A stretch of 64,000 nucleotides of DNA from Lama guanicoe (Eukaryota): assembly GCA_013239625.1 (NCBI GenBank), contig MU054187.1:20304897-20368896 (forward strand), given 5' to 3'. Positions 26,190 to 40,380 of this stretch are shown here, one piece after another (position 1 is the stretch's first letter; each line of letters begins with the position of its first letter). Under the pieces are notes generated by a model. The model searched no databases. It had not been told where the DNA came from and saw only the letters and a list, made by a program, of their open reading frames with translations. Both the position numbers and the translations under genes were made by a program.

Positions 26190-29157
26190 TATTGTATTTA
26201 TTTATTTCTGATATATATATTGTTATTGAAGTATAGTTAGTCAGTTTACAAGGTTGTGTCAATTTCTGGTGTACAGCACGATGCTTCAGTCATACAGGAA
26301 CATACATATATTTGTTTTCATATTAGTTTTCACCTTGTTACTACAAGATATTGAATATAGTTCCTTGCACTATACAGTATAAACTTGTTATTTATCTATT
26401 TTATTTATATATATATAAAACACACATATATATATAAGTTAGTATCTGCAAATCTCGAACTCCCGATTTATCCCCTCCCACCCCCTCCCCCCAGTAACCA
26501 CAGTTTGTTCTATTTGTCTGTGAGTCTGTTTCTGTTTTGCAAATGTGTTTGTTTAACTTTTTTTTTTAGATTCCACATATAAGTAATATCATATGGTATT
26601 TATCTTTCTGGCTTACTTCACTTAGAATGATAATCTCCAGTTCCATCCATTTTGCTGCAAATGGTATTATTATTATTGTTGTTGTTGTTGTTGTTATTAT
26701 TATTATTATTTATGGCTAAGTAGTAATCCATTATATAAATATACTACATCTTCTTTATTCAGTCGTCTGTTGATGAACATTTAGGTTGTTTCTGTGTTTT
26801 GGCTGCTGTAAATAGTGCTGCTATGAACATTGTGGTGCATGTGACTTTTTGAATTAAGGTTCCCTCTGGACATATGCCCAGGAGTGGGACTGCTGGGTCA
26901 TATGGTAGGTCTGTTTTTAATCTTTTCAGGAATCTCCATACTGTTTTCCATAACAGCTGCACCAAATTACATTCCCACCAGCAGTGCAGGAGGGCTCCCC
27001 ATCCCCACAGCCTTTCCAGCATTTATTCTTTGGGGACATTTAAATCATGGCCATTCTGACTGGTGTGAGGTTAAACCTCATTATAGTTTTAACTTGCATT
27101 TATCTAATAATTAGCAATATTGAACATTTTTTCATGTTCTTATTGGCCATTTGTATGTCTTCATTGGAGAATTGCTTATTTAGGTCTTTTGCCCATTTTT
27201 GAATTGGGTTGTTCATTTTTTTGTTATTAAGTTGTATGAGTTGTTTCTATATTCTGGAAATTATGCCCTTGTCAGTTTCATCTTTTGCAAATATTTTCTC
27301 CCATTCAGTAGGTTGTCTTTTTGTTCTGCTTATGATTTCCTTTACTGTGCAAAGCTTGTAAGTTTAATTAAGTCCCATTTGTTTATTTTATGCTTTTAAT
27401 TCTATTGCCTGGGTAGACTGGCCTAGGAGAACAGTGCTGAGATTTATGTCAGATAATGTTTTGTCTATGCTTTCTCTAAGAGATTTATAGTGTTTTGTCT
27501 TATGTTTAAGTCTTCGAGCCATTTTGAGTTTATTTTTCTGTATGTGTGAGGGAGTATTCTAACTCCATTGATTTATGTGAAGTTGTCCAGTTTTCCCAAC
27601 ATCATTTGCTGAAGAGACTGTCTTTACTTCATTGTATGTTCTTGCCTCCTTTGTCAAAGATTAATTGACCAAAACCTGTGGTTTTATTTCTGGGCTCTCT
27701 ATTCTGTTTCATTGATCCATATGTCTGTTTTTGTACCAGTACCATGCTGTTTTGATTATTGTAGCTCTGTAGTATTGTCTGAAGTCTGGGAGGGTTTTTC
27801 CTCTAGCTTCATTCTTTTTCATCAGTATTGCTTTGGCAATTCTTAGTCTTTTGTGATTCCATATAAATTTTAGCATTATTTGTTCTAGTTCTATCAAAAA
27901 TGTCCTGGGTAATTTGATAGGAATCTCATTAAATCTGGAAATTGCTTTGGGTAGTATGGCCATTTTAACAATATTAATTTTTCCAGTCCAGGAACATGGG
28001 GTATCTTTCCATTTCTGTAAGTCATCTGTAATTTCCTTAGTCAGTATTTTGTAGTTCTCCATGTATAAGTCTTTCACTTCCTTGGTCAGATTTATTCCCA
28101 AGTATTTTATTTTTTTTGGATGCAATTTAAAAAGAGATTGTTTCTTTACTTTCCTTTTCTGATATTTCATTACTAGTGTAGAGAAATTCCACTGATTTCT
28201 GTATGTTAATCTTGTATCCTACTACCCTACTGAATTATTTTATTAGCTGTTGTAGTTTTTGTGTGGAACCTTTACAGTTTTCTATATATAGTATCATATG
28301 ATCTGCATTCCATGACAATCTTACCTCTTCTCTTCCAATGTGGGTCCCTTTTCTTTCTTTCTTTTTTTTTTTTGTCTAATTGAAATGGCTATAGGATTTC
28401 CAATACTATATTGAACAGAAGTGGTGGGAGTGGGAATCCTTGTCTTATATCAGATTTTAGCAGGAACACTTTCAGCTTTTCACTGTTGAGTATTATGCTG
28501 GCTGTAGATTTACCATAAATAGATTTTATTATGTTGAGATATATTCCCTTTATACCCACTTTGGTAAGAGGTTTTGTCATAATTGGGTGTTGAATTTTAT
28601 CAGATGCTTTTTCTGCATCTATTGAGAATATCATGTGATTTTCATCCTTTCTCTTGTTGATACAGTACGTCACGTTGATTGATTTGTGTATGTTGAACCA
28701 TCCTTGCGTCCTAGGGATAAACACAACTTGATCGTGGTGTATGATCTTATTTATATGTTGTTGGATTCTGTTTGCTAGTATTTTGTTGAGGATTTTTGCA
28801 TCTATGTTCAACAATGATATTGGCCTATAGTTTTCTTTATTTGTAGTGTCTTTGGTATCAGGGTGATGATGGCTTCATAAAATGAGTTTGAGAATCTCCC
28901 CTCCTCTTCAGTCTTTTGGAAGAATTTGAGAAGAATCAGCAGGAGCTCTTCTTCGTGTGTTGGTAGAATCCTCCAGTGAAGCCATCTGGTCCTGGAGTTT
29001 TGTTTGTTAATTTTTTTATTGTTGATTCTATTTCAGTTCTAATGATTGGTCTGTTCAAATGATCTATTCTTGATTCAGTTTTGGTGGACTGTGTGTTTCT
29101 AGAAACTTGTCCATTTCTTCAAAGTTGTCCAACTTATTGCCATATAGTTGTTCATAG
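26190..29157 (-). mobile_element. 5'-truncated LINE-1 (~3 kb): ORF2 RT and C-terminal regions plus 3' UTR
   Basis: ORF fragments 28389-28814, 27709-28170 and 26759-27022 are L1 ORF2-like; the 5' end translates [20 protein letters not shown]; 3' UTR and degraded T-rich tail at 26190-26600. Confidence 0.97.
26600..29157 (-). pseudogene. Disrupted L1 ORF2 (reverse transcriptase)
   Basis: [53 protein letters not shown] and PGPDGF motifs are present; several frameshifts and stops; the catalytic FADD reads NADH (28298-28309). Confidence 0.93.
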
Positions 29158-29337
29158 CAAACTTATTTTTTAAGGTAAAATCCTGGACAGATTTGCTTGT
29201 CTTAAGGTTAGAAGATCCTTTGTAGAGTTTCTAGTTTTGGTAGTCATTTAACAATGTTACTTGACAAAATTGAAAGAGATTTGGAAAATAACCACAGGTG
29301 GAGTGCTTTGACTCTAACTTTAAATTATGATAATAAT

Positions 29338-29515
29338 CAGTGGTTCTCTACTGGGGCCTATTCTTCAGTCCCTACCCCCAGATGTCTTTGACATGGAGAC
29401 ATTTTTGTTGTCACAGATGTGAGGGAGATGCTACTGGAGTCCAGTGAGTAAAGAGCAGGGATGCTGCTAAACATCTTACAGTGCAAAGGACAGCCCCTCA
29501 AAACCAAGAACCACC
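29338..29515. mobile_element. MER20-like hAT-Charlie DNA transposon
   Basis: CAGTGGTTCTC...GGAGACATTTTTGTTGTCACA...GCTACTGG...CAGGGATGCTGCTAAACATCTTACAGTGCAAAGGACAGCCCC. Confidence 0.85.
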
Positions 29516-29832
29516 TACATGAATCAACAGAGTTGTATCTAGGGTTTATACTGGTTTACATGGTGGACTCTGACTTTTAATACAGAGTTCCAAAATAGGC
29601 ATTATACAGTTTTATTGGGCTCAGCATCATTATGCTTCAGCACATGTACATAGGTAAGTGGTGTTTACTTTGGTAGGAAGATCAAAGTATCACCCCCCTC
29701 TTCCCAGGTGTGTTTGCATTAGGAAAGCAAAAGCTAGCACTCGAATTTATATTTCTATCTATTTTATTTTTAGGGTAGAATTTGTATAAATTAAGCCAAT
29801 CAGTTCCCAGATTAAAATGTTTGAAACCCATG

Positions 29833-30019
29833 CAATATATTCTCAAAATATCTGTGATCGAGAATCACCTGGTATGCTTTGGAATAATGTAAGTGTCCAA
29901 ACCCTACACTAGAGATTTTTTGATTTGTTGCATGTAATGAGGGCCAAAGCTTTTCTGTTTTAATGAGAACACCACGTTAGATGTAGTTGTTTCATTTGGA
30001 GCACTATTTGAGAAAATGG
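29833..30019. mobile_element. MER5-like hAT element
   Basis: TTCTCAAA...GAATCACCTGG...CTGTTTTAA...CACTATTTGAGAAA with terminal inverted remnants. Confidence 0.6.
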
Positions 30020-31149
30020 AATAGAATCCCTTTGGTACCAGCAGCTCTAGTAGCATAGTAAGCAGCAATTCGTAAGTTTGTACCTGGATGTCTATGATAT
30101 AAAAATTCAGTGTTAAGTGAACAAATGTGATCTAGGGCTTGATAAGTACAAATAAAACCTGTTAAAATGAATCTTACAGCTTTAGATCAATATATATTCC
30201 AATATGGTCACCACAGGTATTTCAAAACTTAGCCTCGTATTTGACATATCACGTTGCCCCTAAATTACTTTCAAATGAGAGAACACATGAATGAATGGTA
30301 GATTTATACAATGAATATATATGTTAGATTACATTTCCTTACACTTACACAGAGTGAGACCATGTGATGGATTAGCAGGGGAATAAATGAGAAATGCAAA
30401 TGTTATCTATTCATAAAGCTAGAGTTTTTATAATTGTCTATTTTTCTAGTCAAGTTAAAATCATTTGATAAACCTTTGATGTGAACTATTTGACATTATT
30501 TACAGAAGCTCAGAGAGTGTTCACTACTCACCAACACAATAAGAGACAAAATAATGAAAGAATATCCTGTTTGGAGACTTGTTGGAAGGAATTTAAAAAA
30601 AAAAAAAGACAAAACCAAGAGCACAAAAATGAGGACCCTAAAAACGTACTAGAATATAGTTCTCTGTATTTTTCACACTTTTTGTCTGGCTTCATACTTA
30701 CTTCTGATCAAGATGGGTCTTTCAGTGTAATGAGCCCAAGATGTAAGTCATGATATGGGGGATAATATTCACAAGCAAAATTTTACTTTGAAAATAGTCT
30801 GCTATACCTAATGCAAAGATTTAAGGACAATGAGAGTTTAGAAAAGACATAAAGGGAAAAAGGCAATACAGAAAAGAGGCTTACAGTAACTGAGTGCTGT
30901 CCATTGTAAAGAAATGTTTGTACCACTCTTTGAACTCCAAGTCTATTCTGAATCAGATACAAATAGTCCTGGTTCCTTTCTCATGATGACCTAAGCCTGT
31001 GGGCTTTGTTCCACTTACAAGACGAAGACGCGCGCTAAAGGAACATGTGTGTTTGTCAATTACAACACACACCCAACACCTGCCGCTGAAATGGATCTCT
31101 GTATGTCAGCAGCTAACTTCCTGTACACACGTGGATGGAGCATTAGCTA

Positions 31150-31654
31150 AACGGCTGCACATTTACTGACACTCCCTGCGTTGTTAGGTGCATTCTCTTT
31201 CCTCTTCTTTTGCCTCTGGGAACGGCATAGTGACTGCTTGACCAATAGAATCTGATGAGAATGTTGCTGTGCCAGTGTCTAGGTGTAGGCTGTAAGAAAT
31301 TTGTGTTTCCACTTCCTGTCTGCTGGAACACTCCATCTGGAAGCCGCAAACCACAATGTAACGAACCCGCCTACCCAGGGACTATGTAAAGAAGCCCAGG
31401 AATCCTGGCCTTCTGGTCACCCCCACACAGCGTGCAAGGTATGTAAGTAAAGTCTTCTTGGACTATCCAGGTTTAGCCCAACCACTAAATACCACCAAAG
31501 AACATCAGTTGACACAACTTGGAGAGAGTTGCCCACCTGGAGCAAGAGAACTCTCCTTGCTCGATAACTGACACACAAAATTATAAGATATAACAAAATT
31601 TTTAGCTTTTGTATTTTGCAATAATTTGTTACACAGATCTAGATAACTAGAAAA
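31150..31654 (+). mobile_element. ERVL-MaLR LTR (MLT1G-like)
   Basis: GTGACTGCTTGACCAATAGAAT...TTCCACTTCCTGTC...TTCTTGGAC...TAATTTGTTACACAG...AGATAACTAGAA. Confidence 0.75.
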
Positions 31655-33049
31655 TAGAAGCATTCTTTCCCTATCTGTACCTAAATGTCAACGACTTTCC
31701 CAATTACTCACCATCCACATAGCATGATTAGCTTTCTGTATAATGTTTATCAATGTATAACATATTTCTTTCAGTAGGATATGAAGACTTGATAATTATT
31801 CATTGGGTGTAGCCAGAAAACTGTAGTAAAGGAACTAATGGTTTTATTTTTCAGAGCACAGTCATCTAAGCTACTGCTAATTGAATTGTTGCTAGAATTA
31901 GAAATTATAGTTTAGAATGGAATTGATATTTCTGTGATTCTTTTTGCTTCTTAATATTTTCTCTTTTGCATTTATTTATCTAAGATTGAGGTGTTCTCAT
32001 TCCTGTGGTTTTATTCTGTCTTAAAGAGCTGTTCTAAAATTCCTGATTTATCTGGCTGCCTCACGATCAACTCATAAAGTCTTGCTGTTAGGTTAAACAC
32101 AGACAAAATTAATCATACTTAGTGTAAATATAGCAAAAAAAAAGAACAGCGGGCGTTAGAATAGAGAACACTAGAACTCAAAATCAAATTACATTCAAAT
32201 TGAACGCTATGCAGTTAGCTTTGTATTTGTTTGTAACTCTAAACAGATGTGCAAAGTTGGTTAACGTCCATGTAAATATATTACATTTTTAAAAGATTAA
32301 TGTTTCCTTTTAAGTGCTGATTTCTTTGTATTTTATTCTCTGCGGTCAGCCTTCTGTAATACTATCAACAAATGTATTTATAATCTCTTTAAAAACTCCT
32401 ACAGAATAAAAATTTAATAAAATTTTATTCCATATGATGCGTTTAGTAGTGTATTCCTGCCACTAGAACAGTATTTAGCACATCACAGGCATTTGAAGTA
32501 TTTACTACAATGTTGAAATTACCAAGTGATATAATATTCTAGCAAATATCATCAAAAACTATGTATGCAATTAGTTAAATAGTCTCAGAAGTTGACTAAT
32601 AGAGACTCTATTAAAATATGTTCATAAAAACACCAAGCTCAACTGGAAATGAAAATCTTGGACAATATATTGCATTTGTTTGTAGTTTCTTAGGGCCAGA
32701 ATGTGATTTAGGGAGACAACAAGAGAGGTATAAAGCAAATGGTATTAAATGGTATTTTCAAAAGCAGTTTTAATTATGAAAGAATGTTTAAACGCTGAAC
32801 CCAATGTGATGTAAGTTTTTTTTTTTAAAGAAACGTTTATCTATAGCTGAAACGACACAATCTTTTGTTTGTTTGTTTTTTCTGTGTTTCCACACTCCAA
32901 AAGGTGATCACATTTATTATTTGGCTGGTGACTATGTCAAAGAAATCAGAGATTTAAGTACAAATCCTAAGTGAGCCCTCAGCATGTTATCACCACTAGT
33001 AAATCTGCTCGTCCTCTCTCAGACTGTATCACAGTATCTCTTCTTTCTT

Positions 33050-34732
33050 CAAAACCCCAACCCCCCTCTATTATTCACACTAAAATGAATACTAACTATG
33101 CATCCAACTGTAGAATATGTCAAACCATCTTCACTTGAGCTTATTTACTGTGCCTCCACTTTTTTTTTTTTTATCAGTTTGGTAATTGCCACCTTGTGCA
33201 TGCTTCTCTTTAAGAGCAATTACTCACTTTTGCTCTGGATTCCATTCCCTCTTACTTAAACAGGGACTGCAATTACTATGTTTTATCCTTCCCTTTGTAA
33301 AGTCATTAATAGTTTCTTCTCAAATAGATGATTCACTTTATTACAGTATTTCCCAAGTTTAAAAATCAAAACTCCTTCAACTCCGCATTCCCCTGTATAA
33401 CCCTAGTTTTCTGATTTTCTTCATAGCAAAATTCCACTAAAGTTTTGCTCATACTCTTTGATGTTACTTTCACATTATCACTATTTTTCTCTTTTCTTTT
33501 TAGTTTATTTGAATCCTCTGAAACTACGGAAGTCACCAAACCCTCCAGCTTTATAAACATAATGGCCAATTCTCAGGGCTTTAACTGCAACTCTTAGCAT
33601 CATTTACACAAATGATCTTTTACTTTTATTTAAAACATTTCCTTACTTGGTTTTGAAGATACTATACTGTCCAGTTTTCTTCCTACTTCATTAAATATTC
33701 CTTCTCATTTTCCTTTTAGTCTCCTTGGTTCCTAAATGTAGACATTGGGATGCCTCGGATTGCAGTCCTCCTCATCTTTCTTTTCTATTCACCCTCTTTA
33801 TGGTTTTTTAGAAGCTTATGAAGCACCATGACTCTAAATATTTTCTAAGGAGACATGACTCTTAGATTTATATCTCAGCACTAACGTCTTCATTAAGGTC
33901 AGGATTCATATATCAACACAAATAGTTCCACCAAGATGTCCAAAAGAACTCCTGCGCTTCAAACGCTGTCAAGAGGAAGCCCCTTTTCAGTCTTCCTCCA
34001 CTCATAATTACTTCATCACTCATCCAAATGCTCAGAAAACTTTTCATTTCTTTTTTTTCCCCATAAAATGCTCATCCAAACTCAACAACTTGTTGCTACC
34101 CGCAATACAACTTCTTGCTTCCTTAACCCACTCCAACTCTAATCCTAGCAGCTCTGATAATTAGCCTGGAATATTATAGTAATCTAATCTCCTAAACGGT
34201 CACATTGATTCCTCTCTTACCTCTCCCCCATCATACATAGAACATGCCCAAGTTATTTGCTGTAAGACTCGTTATAGTCTGGCATTCATACAAGTCTTTC
34301 TTCTGCCTCTTTCCTTCTGTACCCCTACACTGTTGGCCTCTTTCCTTACCTTCCTGTTGTTTCTCAAATACTCCAAGAGTTTTCTAGGTTCCGAGTTTGC
34401 ATGTGATATTCCTTTTGCCCAGAAGTACATAGCCTCAGACCTCGTATGACTTGCAGCTTCATGTTATTCAAATCTCTCTTCAAGTATTATATCCTTAGAG
34501 TAGTTTCCCTTGACCACTCCAGAATCCCTCTGCCTCATTTTATTTTTTTTCCATAGGTTTATGATTTATTATATCATAACTAATTTGTTTATTGCTAGTC
34601 AGCAACATATAAAATAAGTTCCATGGAATCAGGGATTTTTTTTCTATCAGTTCAATATTTTATTACCTGTAGCTAGAAGAGTCTATGGGATATAGCAGTG
34701 AAAATAAATATGGGGCATGAATGAATAAATTT
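33050..34732 (+). mobile_element. L2 LINE, long degraded 3' portion
   Basis: Pyrimidine-rich L2 body ending in TAAGTTCCATGGAATCAGGGATT...CTAGAAGAGT...AATAAATA...ATGAATGAATAAAT. Confidence 0.8.
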
Positions 34733-36489
34733 AATCATTATTTCAACATGATTTTATTTTAACGGAATGAAGCAGCAGAATAAACATTGCCCACACAAAG
34801 TTCTGACATCTATCCAAAAAATTTAAAGTAGGAAAAAGAATCATAGAAACATGATTGAGACTCTCATGAATAAGTATTTATCTACAAGTAAATAGGCAGA
34901 TACATATTAAAAATTTCCTCTCCTTAAGGATTTTAAATATAATTGAGAAGACAAGTAGCAAATTAATGAAAAAGTGATAAGCTAGCCAAGTTGTGTTTTG
35001 TTTTGTTTCATTTTGTACAAAAATAGATTATACTGTTTTTTTTTCCTATTTCAAGGACTGTTTAAAATGAATGCAGGGTGAACTGAAGCATACGTTAGTT
35101 TCTAATTAGTAAGTGGATATAGTCTTGTCATATTCAAAATATATTTACTCCATATTGTAGATTTTTAAGTTCTTACAAAGCTATTTTATTAATATTTAAT
35201 ATTGAGTAAGATATAGCTTTTCTGAGGTTACCTTACACTCTGAAATATGGGATTTTAAACTAATAAATATGCTTTTACTCTTCCAAGTTAACCTGTTAGG
35301 TAATAAAGAGATAAATGGTTGTAGTACAACAAAAACAAAAAACCCAAAACAAAATACAGACAAACAAAAAAACCATCTTCATCCTGAACTGTATCATTTA
35401 CTGTTTGCAGACAAGATGTATCAACATTTACACAGTGAAGTGTGCCTAAATGTGTATTTCTATTTAAATCAAATTCATCTTCTTCAGAGTTTATGTGTAT
35501 ATTCAAGGAATGAAATTGGATTCTCTTAGAGAACTAAAATCAGTTATCATTTATTTCAGGCAAAGAGGTAATCAACATGCTTGACTGGAGAAACCATTCA
35601 AGACATGAGATTTCTTAAACTGTCTTTGCACAAACATTCTAAAACATAAAATATTAGGGCATCTACCAAACTAATTTTGGAGCAATAGTATGCCACACAC
35701 AATTTATGACTGTGGGTCTTCTGTATCTTACATAAACCTATTAAAAAAGGAACCCTAGGGTGTCATAAAGAATGGGAAGTAGATAAAACTCGGGAAAAAA
35801 GTGAGTTTATGAACTCATAAATTTAATCTGTTTAAACATTCTCACTTCAGAAAATAGAGAAGGACACATTACTCCAGAGAGATGTGGTCAAAATTACATT
35901 GCTGTGACCCAGTAGCACATAGGACTGTGTCAGTAATCCCTCTGGAAGAAAAGAACACTTTCTTTCGGGAAAACAAAAGTGGTGAAACAAAATTAAACTG
36001 AATCAGACTTACTTTCCCCTCTAATTCCTGTCAAAATGTAGATTGGATTGATTATTTCTGGTACTTGATCATTTTTCAAAACTCCTAAGATAAGTGATAG
36101 ACTACCATCTTCAGGGCCTTATAAATGAATCATTGGCCCAGTGCAAACTCACGCAGGTGAGCATGTTTGCCAAAATTCTGGAGTCCCAATAAAGTATATG
36201 CAAATGTAAATTAATAAAGAATATAAAAATAAATTATATGCAAAGTTAGTTTCATAGTATGACTTGCGATAGCTGGGTTAATTCTCAGGAAAGCTTTCTA
36301 AGTGTTGAGTTTCCATTTGTTTCCTTCCCAGGTCTCAGCTACCTGTGCCATCCCTTACAGCAGCCTATGGAAGCGCCTCTCCAGTACCCAGTAGCTTCTT
36401 GTGTCTCTCCGATGCCCCGGAACTCCACTCTGTAGAGCTTTCCTTCCCCCTTCAGTTCCCAGGTTAGGATACACATTCATTTTCCTTCT

Positions 36490-36615
36490 ACTGAGCATCT
36501 GTTATTTCTAGAAACCATGCTAGGCCCTTGCACATTTATGTAATAGTCACAATAATCATAGATAATTCCGGTTCCATTTCACAGATGAAGAAACTAAAAC
36601 TCAGTGAGATTTGTA
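36490..36615 (-). mobile_element. MIR core
   Basis: CCATTTCACAGATGAAGAAACTAAAACTCAGTGAG. Confidence 0.7.
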
Positions 36616-36909
36616 TAAACGAAGACTGAGGTTTTTTTTGTTAAAAAAAGTATTTTTCTGATTGTATACACACTATTGTTTCATGTAATACATTCAAAGT
36701 ATTTTGGGAAGCACAGACTGCAGAGCATAAATAAATAAAAGAAGAGAATAAAAGCTATTTATAATCTTAACACCGAATGATAAATTTCTAAATAGCTCAG
36801 TTCAGTCTTTATACATACACACGCGTGATGCAATCCCACTCCAAAGGATTCAGATGTTTTTTCTTTATAAGTCACACATCTATGTATACTTCAGTAAGTT
36901 TTCTTAAAA

Positions 36910-37340
36910 ATTACATTCCAATCATTTCTGACTACCTGCCAAATACGTCTTTAGGACTATCAATCTAACACCAAATTCAACACATTTAAAACCAATTTCA
37001 GGATCTAACCACTTCCCAAATGTGCTCACCTTACTGAGTTTCTCAGAGCTCACTTCCAAATATCAAGGCTAAAAACTTTGGTATTGACTCTGACTTCTGT
37101 TCCTCATCAGAATCTGTTTTCATATTTTCATTTGCATTTTCTCTTTTACATGTGCTTCATTATCCCAGTACATCTTTCTGTTTGAACATGACAATAAATT
37201 GAGAAGGGGAGTCTCCTTTCTTTCCTTTCCTCCACGGGTATCTGCACACAGTGCGTCTTTATTCAAAAGCCTTCAGTGGTTTCCGTATGCATGTCAACTA
37301 AATGCCAAATTCCTTGGCTGCAATGAATGCTTTTAAAAAA
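36910..37340 (+). mobile_element. L2 fragment
   Basis: CAAATTCAACACATTTAAAACC...CAAGGCTAAAAACTTTGG...CAAAAGCCTTCAGTGGTTTCC...CCAAATTCCTT. Confidence 0.55.
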
Positions 37341-37619
37341 CTTACTACATTCTTATTAATTCATTAAAAATACCAAAAAGTAACACTTTCTCTTTTCCAG
37401 ACACTTTACAGAACGTAGGTGATATCACAACGGACAGGAAAATCATGGTTTCCCATTTTAAGAGACTGACTCAGTGGAACATACAAACAGGTAGACATGC
37501 ATGTAGATGACAGTGTTAAGTGTGCTATGATGCAAAAATACAATTTCTGTGGAGGAAATAAAATAGACACAAAGTTGAGGGTTGAGAGAACGTTTCTAGG
37601 AGAAAATATCATTGAAATT

Positions 37620-38230
37620 GTTTATCAGTTACAGCTGTGTATGTGCATCCATATATGAGCTTCTCTATCTGTATCTAATATATCTATCTAGAGAAAAAGA
37701 AAGACAGACAGACAGACAGATCAAGGGAGAGGAGGATTTGACCTTATACAATTTAGGGAGCAGGTCAAGCAGTTTTTGTAACACTGTGTCTGATGCTGGA
37801 ACTTGAAGTGCATGGTGTAGCGATTGGAAAGGAAAGAAGGATGTGAAGTATGGGAAAGCAAGGCAATTCTGGGATACAAAAGCTTGAGTCCATGAGGATG
37901 TAGTGACACTCGTGCCAGCAGCAGTTGCTCTGGCTTGATGGTACGAGGATTCTGCAGAAAAGCCCTTGCTCATGGGGAGCTAAGAACACAGAACTGGCCC
38001 AGGAAGTTGGAGAAGTTTAAGAAGAATCCAGGGAAGATGAAATTTTTAAGTCTGGTTGCTGACTGACTTCAACAAAGAAGCAAAGTTTTTGAGCTACAAA
38101 TGGAGGCTGCTTCATTTCCCTCCTCTGCATCTCACACTGGAATACCCAATACTACCCGGAAACATCCAGGGAGAGGAATCCTGGGAAATGTAGTCCAGTT
38201 GAGTCAAGTTGACCCAATACACAGTGACCC
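37620..38230 (-). mobile_element. ERVL LTR (MLT2E/F-like) nested in a minus-strand L2 (flanks about 37420-37620 and 38230-38470)
   Basis: GGATTTGACCTTATACAAT...GGCTGCTTCA...CTGGGAAATGTAGTCCAG...CAAGTTGAC. Confidence 0.65.
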
Positions 38231-39579
38231 CAGTTGGATCTAAAGATTGATTAAAAGCTAAAGACAAAACACCAAAATCTAACCAAGGAGAGGCTATGGA
38301 AAGAAAATTTCAGGCAAAAGGGAAAATGTGTAGAAAAATGGGATTTTTAAGAGTGAGTTGTCTAAGACCTGGTTAGAGCATGAGGTGAATTGACTGGGTG
38401 AGTAGTCAGAACGAAAATAGAGGAAGCAAGAAACCTCTGATGTTTAAGTCAGATTTAGGAATTTTTTTTCTGGGATTTTTGTTTTGTTTTTAAGACATAG
38501 AACAGTGCCATCACAAAGTAGCTCAAAATAAAATGAATCATTTTTCTAGAACCAAAGAGAAAGTAAATAGTAAGAAAACACTCTTTCTGGCTGTCAGGAG
38601 AAGGAGAAATTAGAGTCATGTGAAACATTAATAGCTAAGCTTTATGACATCAGAATACATCAAAATAAGTGCTTATATTTAAAAAGTTGCACCTAGAACA
38701 TTGGTGATTATGATTTATAAAATTAGCTTATGCTGAGTCTATAAAGTAATACCTCATTTGTATTTGGCTATTCTTAAAAAGAGGGTGGTTTTATGAGAGA
38801 AAAATTTTGTTCAATACATTTTTCTCCCTCTAATTCCAACAATGCTATTTGGGCCCTATGTTCTAAACTAATTTCATACGCTGTATAATTTATCAACAAT
38901 ATAAATAAGAGTGAGTGATTTCAAACATTAATTACTAAAAAAGAACATAAACTACTTCTTTAGATTTGAAGGGACATCTAAGAATCTTGTTTGAGAGTAT
39001 TAGCAATATAGATCGTTGTCTCCACCCAGTAATTAAATTGCAGTATGCAATTGCCCTCAGTTGCAATCTGCACATCTTAACAGATGAAAATTCAACAAAA
39101 TAAACTTTGCAAAAACAATATTGATATAACTAAAACAAGCTGGAAGTGGAAAAGAGAAGAGGTCGAAGGGCAAATACTTTATCTCCCCTTGTCTTTTATG
39201 ATGGTAAATCAAGGATAATGTTTACAGTTAACAACCTTCTAGGTACAACTAAGGAAATTAAAAATGTGTATACCCCTGAAGAAATTCTGAAATGATTTGA
39301 GAGTTGTTACAGGGCTAACCAAATCCCAGATCAATGTGAAAATATTGTTTGAAGATAGGTTGTCAAAAAGCAGCAAAAAAGGAATGAGGGAAAGCAAGAA
39401 ACTTGGAATGGGTTAGAATTAGACAAATCACTGATGTGAATTTGTAACACACATCTGTGTGTACATTCATATATAGGCATAGGAATATGTAGCTTATCCA
39501 AAAGAAATCAAAGCATTAAAAAAAAAAAAGCAAGAAAGAAACACGCACAACTACACACACACACACACACACACAAATT

Positions 39580-39800
39580 GATGCTTATTACAGTACTGCT
39601 TCTAGAAACAAACAAAAAATAGAAACGACTTGCATGTCCATCAGAAATGGAGTAATTAAATAAATTGTGGTGTAGACATACAATCCATTTTGCTTATATT
39701 AAAAAAGAAAAAAGAAAAAAAGAGAGATAGTATCACTTACACAGGAGGTGGTTCATAAGATATCAACTGTAAAAGCAAGTTCATGTTTTGCGTGCATTAG
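39580..39800 (+). mobile_element. Ancient L1ME-like 3' fragment
   Basis: ATGCTTATTACAGTACTG...TGTCCATCAG...TAAATAAATTGTGGTG. Confidence 0.55.
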
Positions 39801-40236
39801 TACCTTTTATACTTTTTAATGACAAAATCAATGAAGAAAGGAAGGAAGGAAAAAAATGAAAGGAGGAAAGAAAGAAAGGAAAAAATGCAGAAAGAAAAGA
39901 GGAAAGAAAGAAAGATGGAAAGAAGGAAGGAAATACTCTGTATTAGCTTCAAATAGCTTCTGGTTATCTCTGAAAAATGTGGGTGGAGGCAGAGGGTAAG
40001 ATTACGTACATATATAAAATAATATTACATATATAGATATATGTATCTTCTCACACACAAACACATATACCAACTTATATATACATTTCTATTGGATCAT
40101 CTTAGTTTAATGGTTATTAAAATATAGAGATTCTAAAAAAATTAATATAAATATATTGCATCATATACTTCAAATCAACAGAAGGTAACTTTTCATCAGA
40201 TCAAAATTGCAAAAACATCCTATTAGAAAGAATAAA

Positions 40237-40380
40237 GGGGAGGTTATAGCTCAGTGGCAGAGTGCCTGCTTAGCATGCACAAGGTCCCAGTTTCAATCCC
40301 CAGTACCTCCATCAAATAAATAAACCTAATTACCTGCCCCCCCTGAAAAAACAAAACAAAACAAAACAACAACAAAAAAG
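40237..40380 (+). mobile_element. tRNA-derived SINE, Vic-1-like
   Basis: GGGGAGGTTATAGCTCAGTGGCAGAGTGCCTGCTTAGCATGCACAAGGTCCCAGTTTCAATCCCCAGTACCTCC, then AAACCTAATTACC and a (CAAAA)n tail; short flanking repeat AGAATAAA. Confidence 0.9.

Noticed and set aside
26098..26200. Possible L1 3' transduction, since TTATTTTTTAAG at 26103-26114 recurs at 29163-29174
   Set aside because: A low-complexity AT-rich 12-mer with mismatching upstream bases and no real poly(A); chance is as likely.
26759..28814. Reverse-transcriptase ORFs as a novel RT/retron-like system or domesticated gene
   Set aside because: Ordinary L1 ORF2 remnants: 5'-truncated, frameshifted, with the catalytic FADD changed to NADH.
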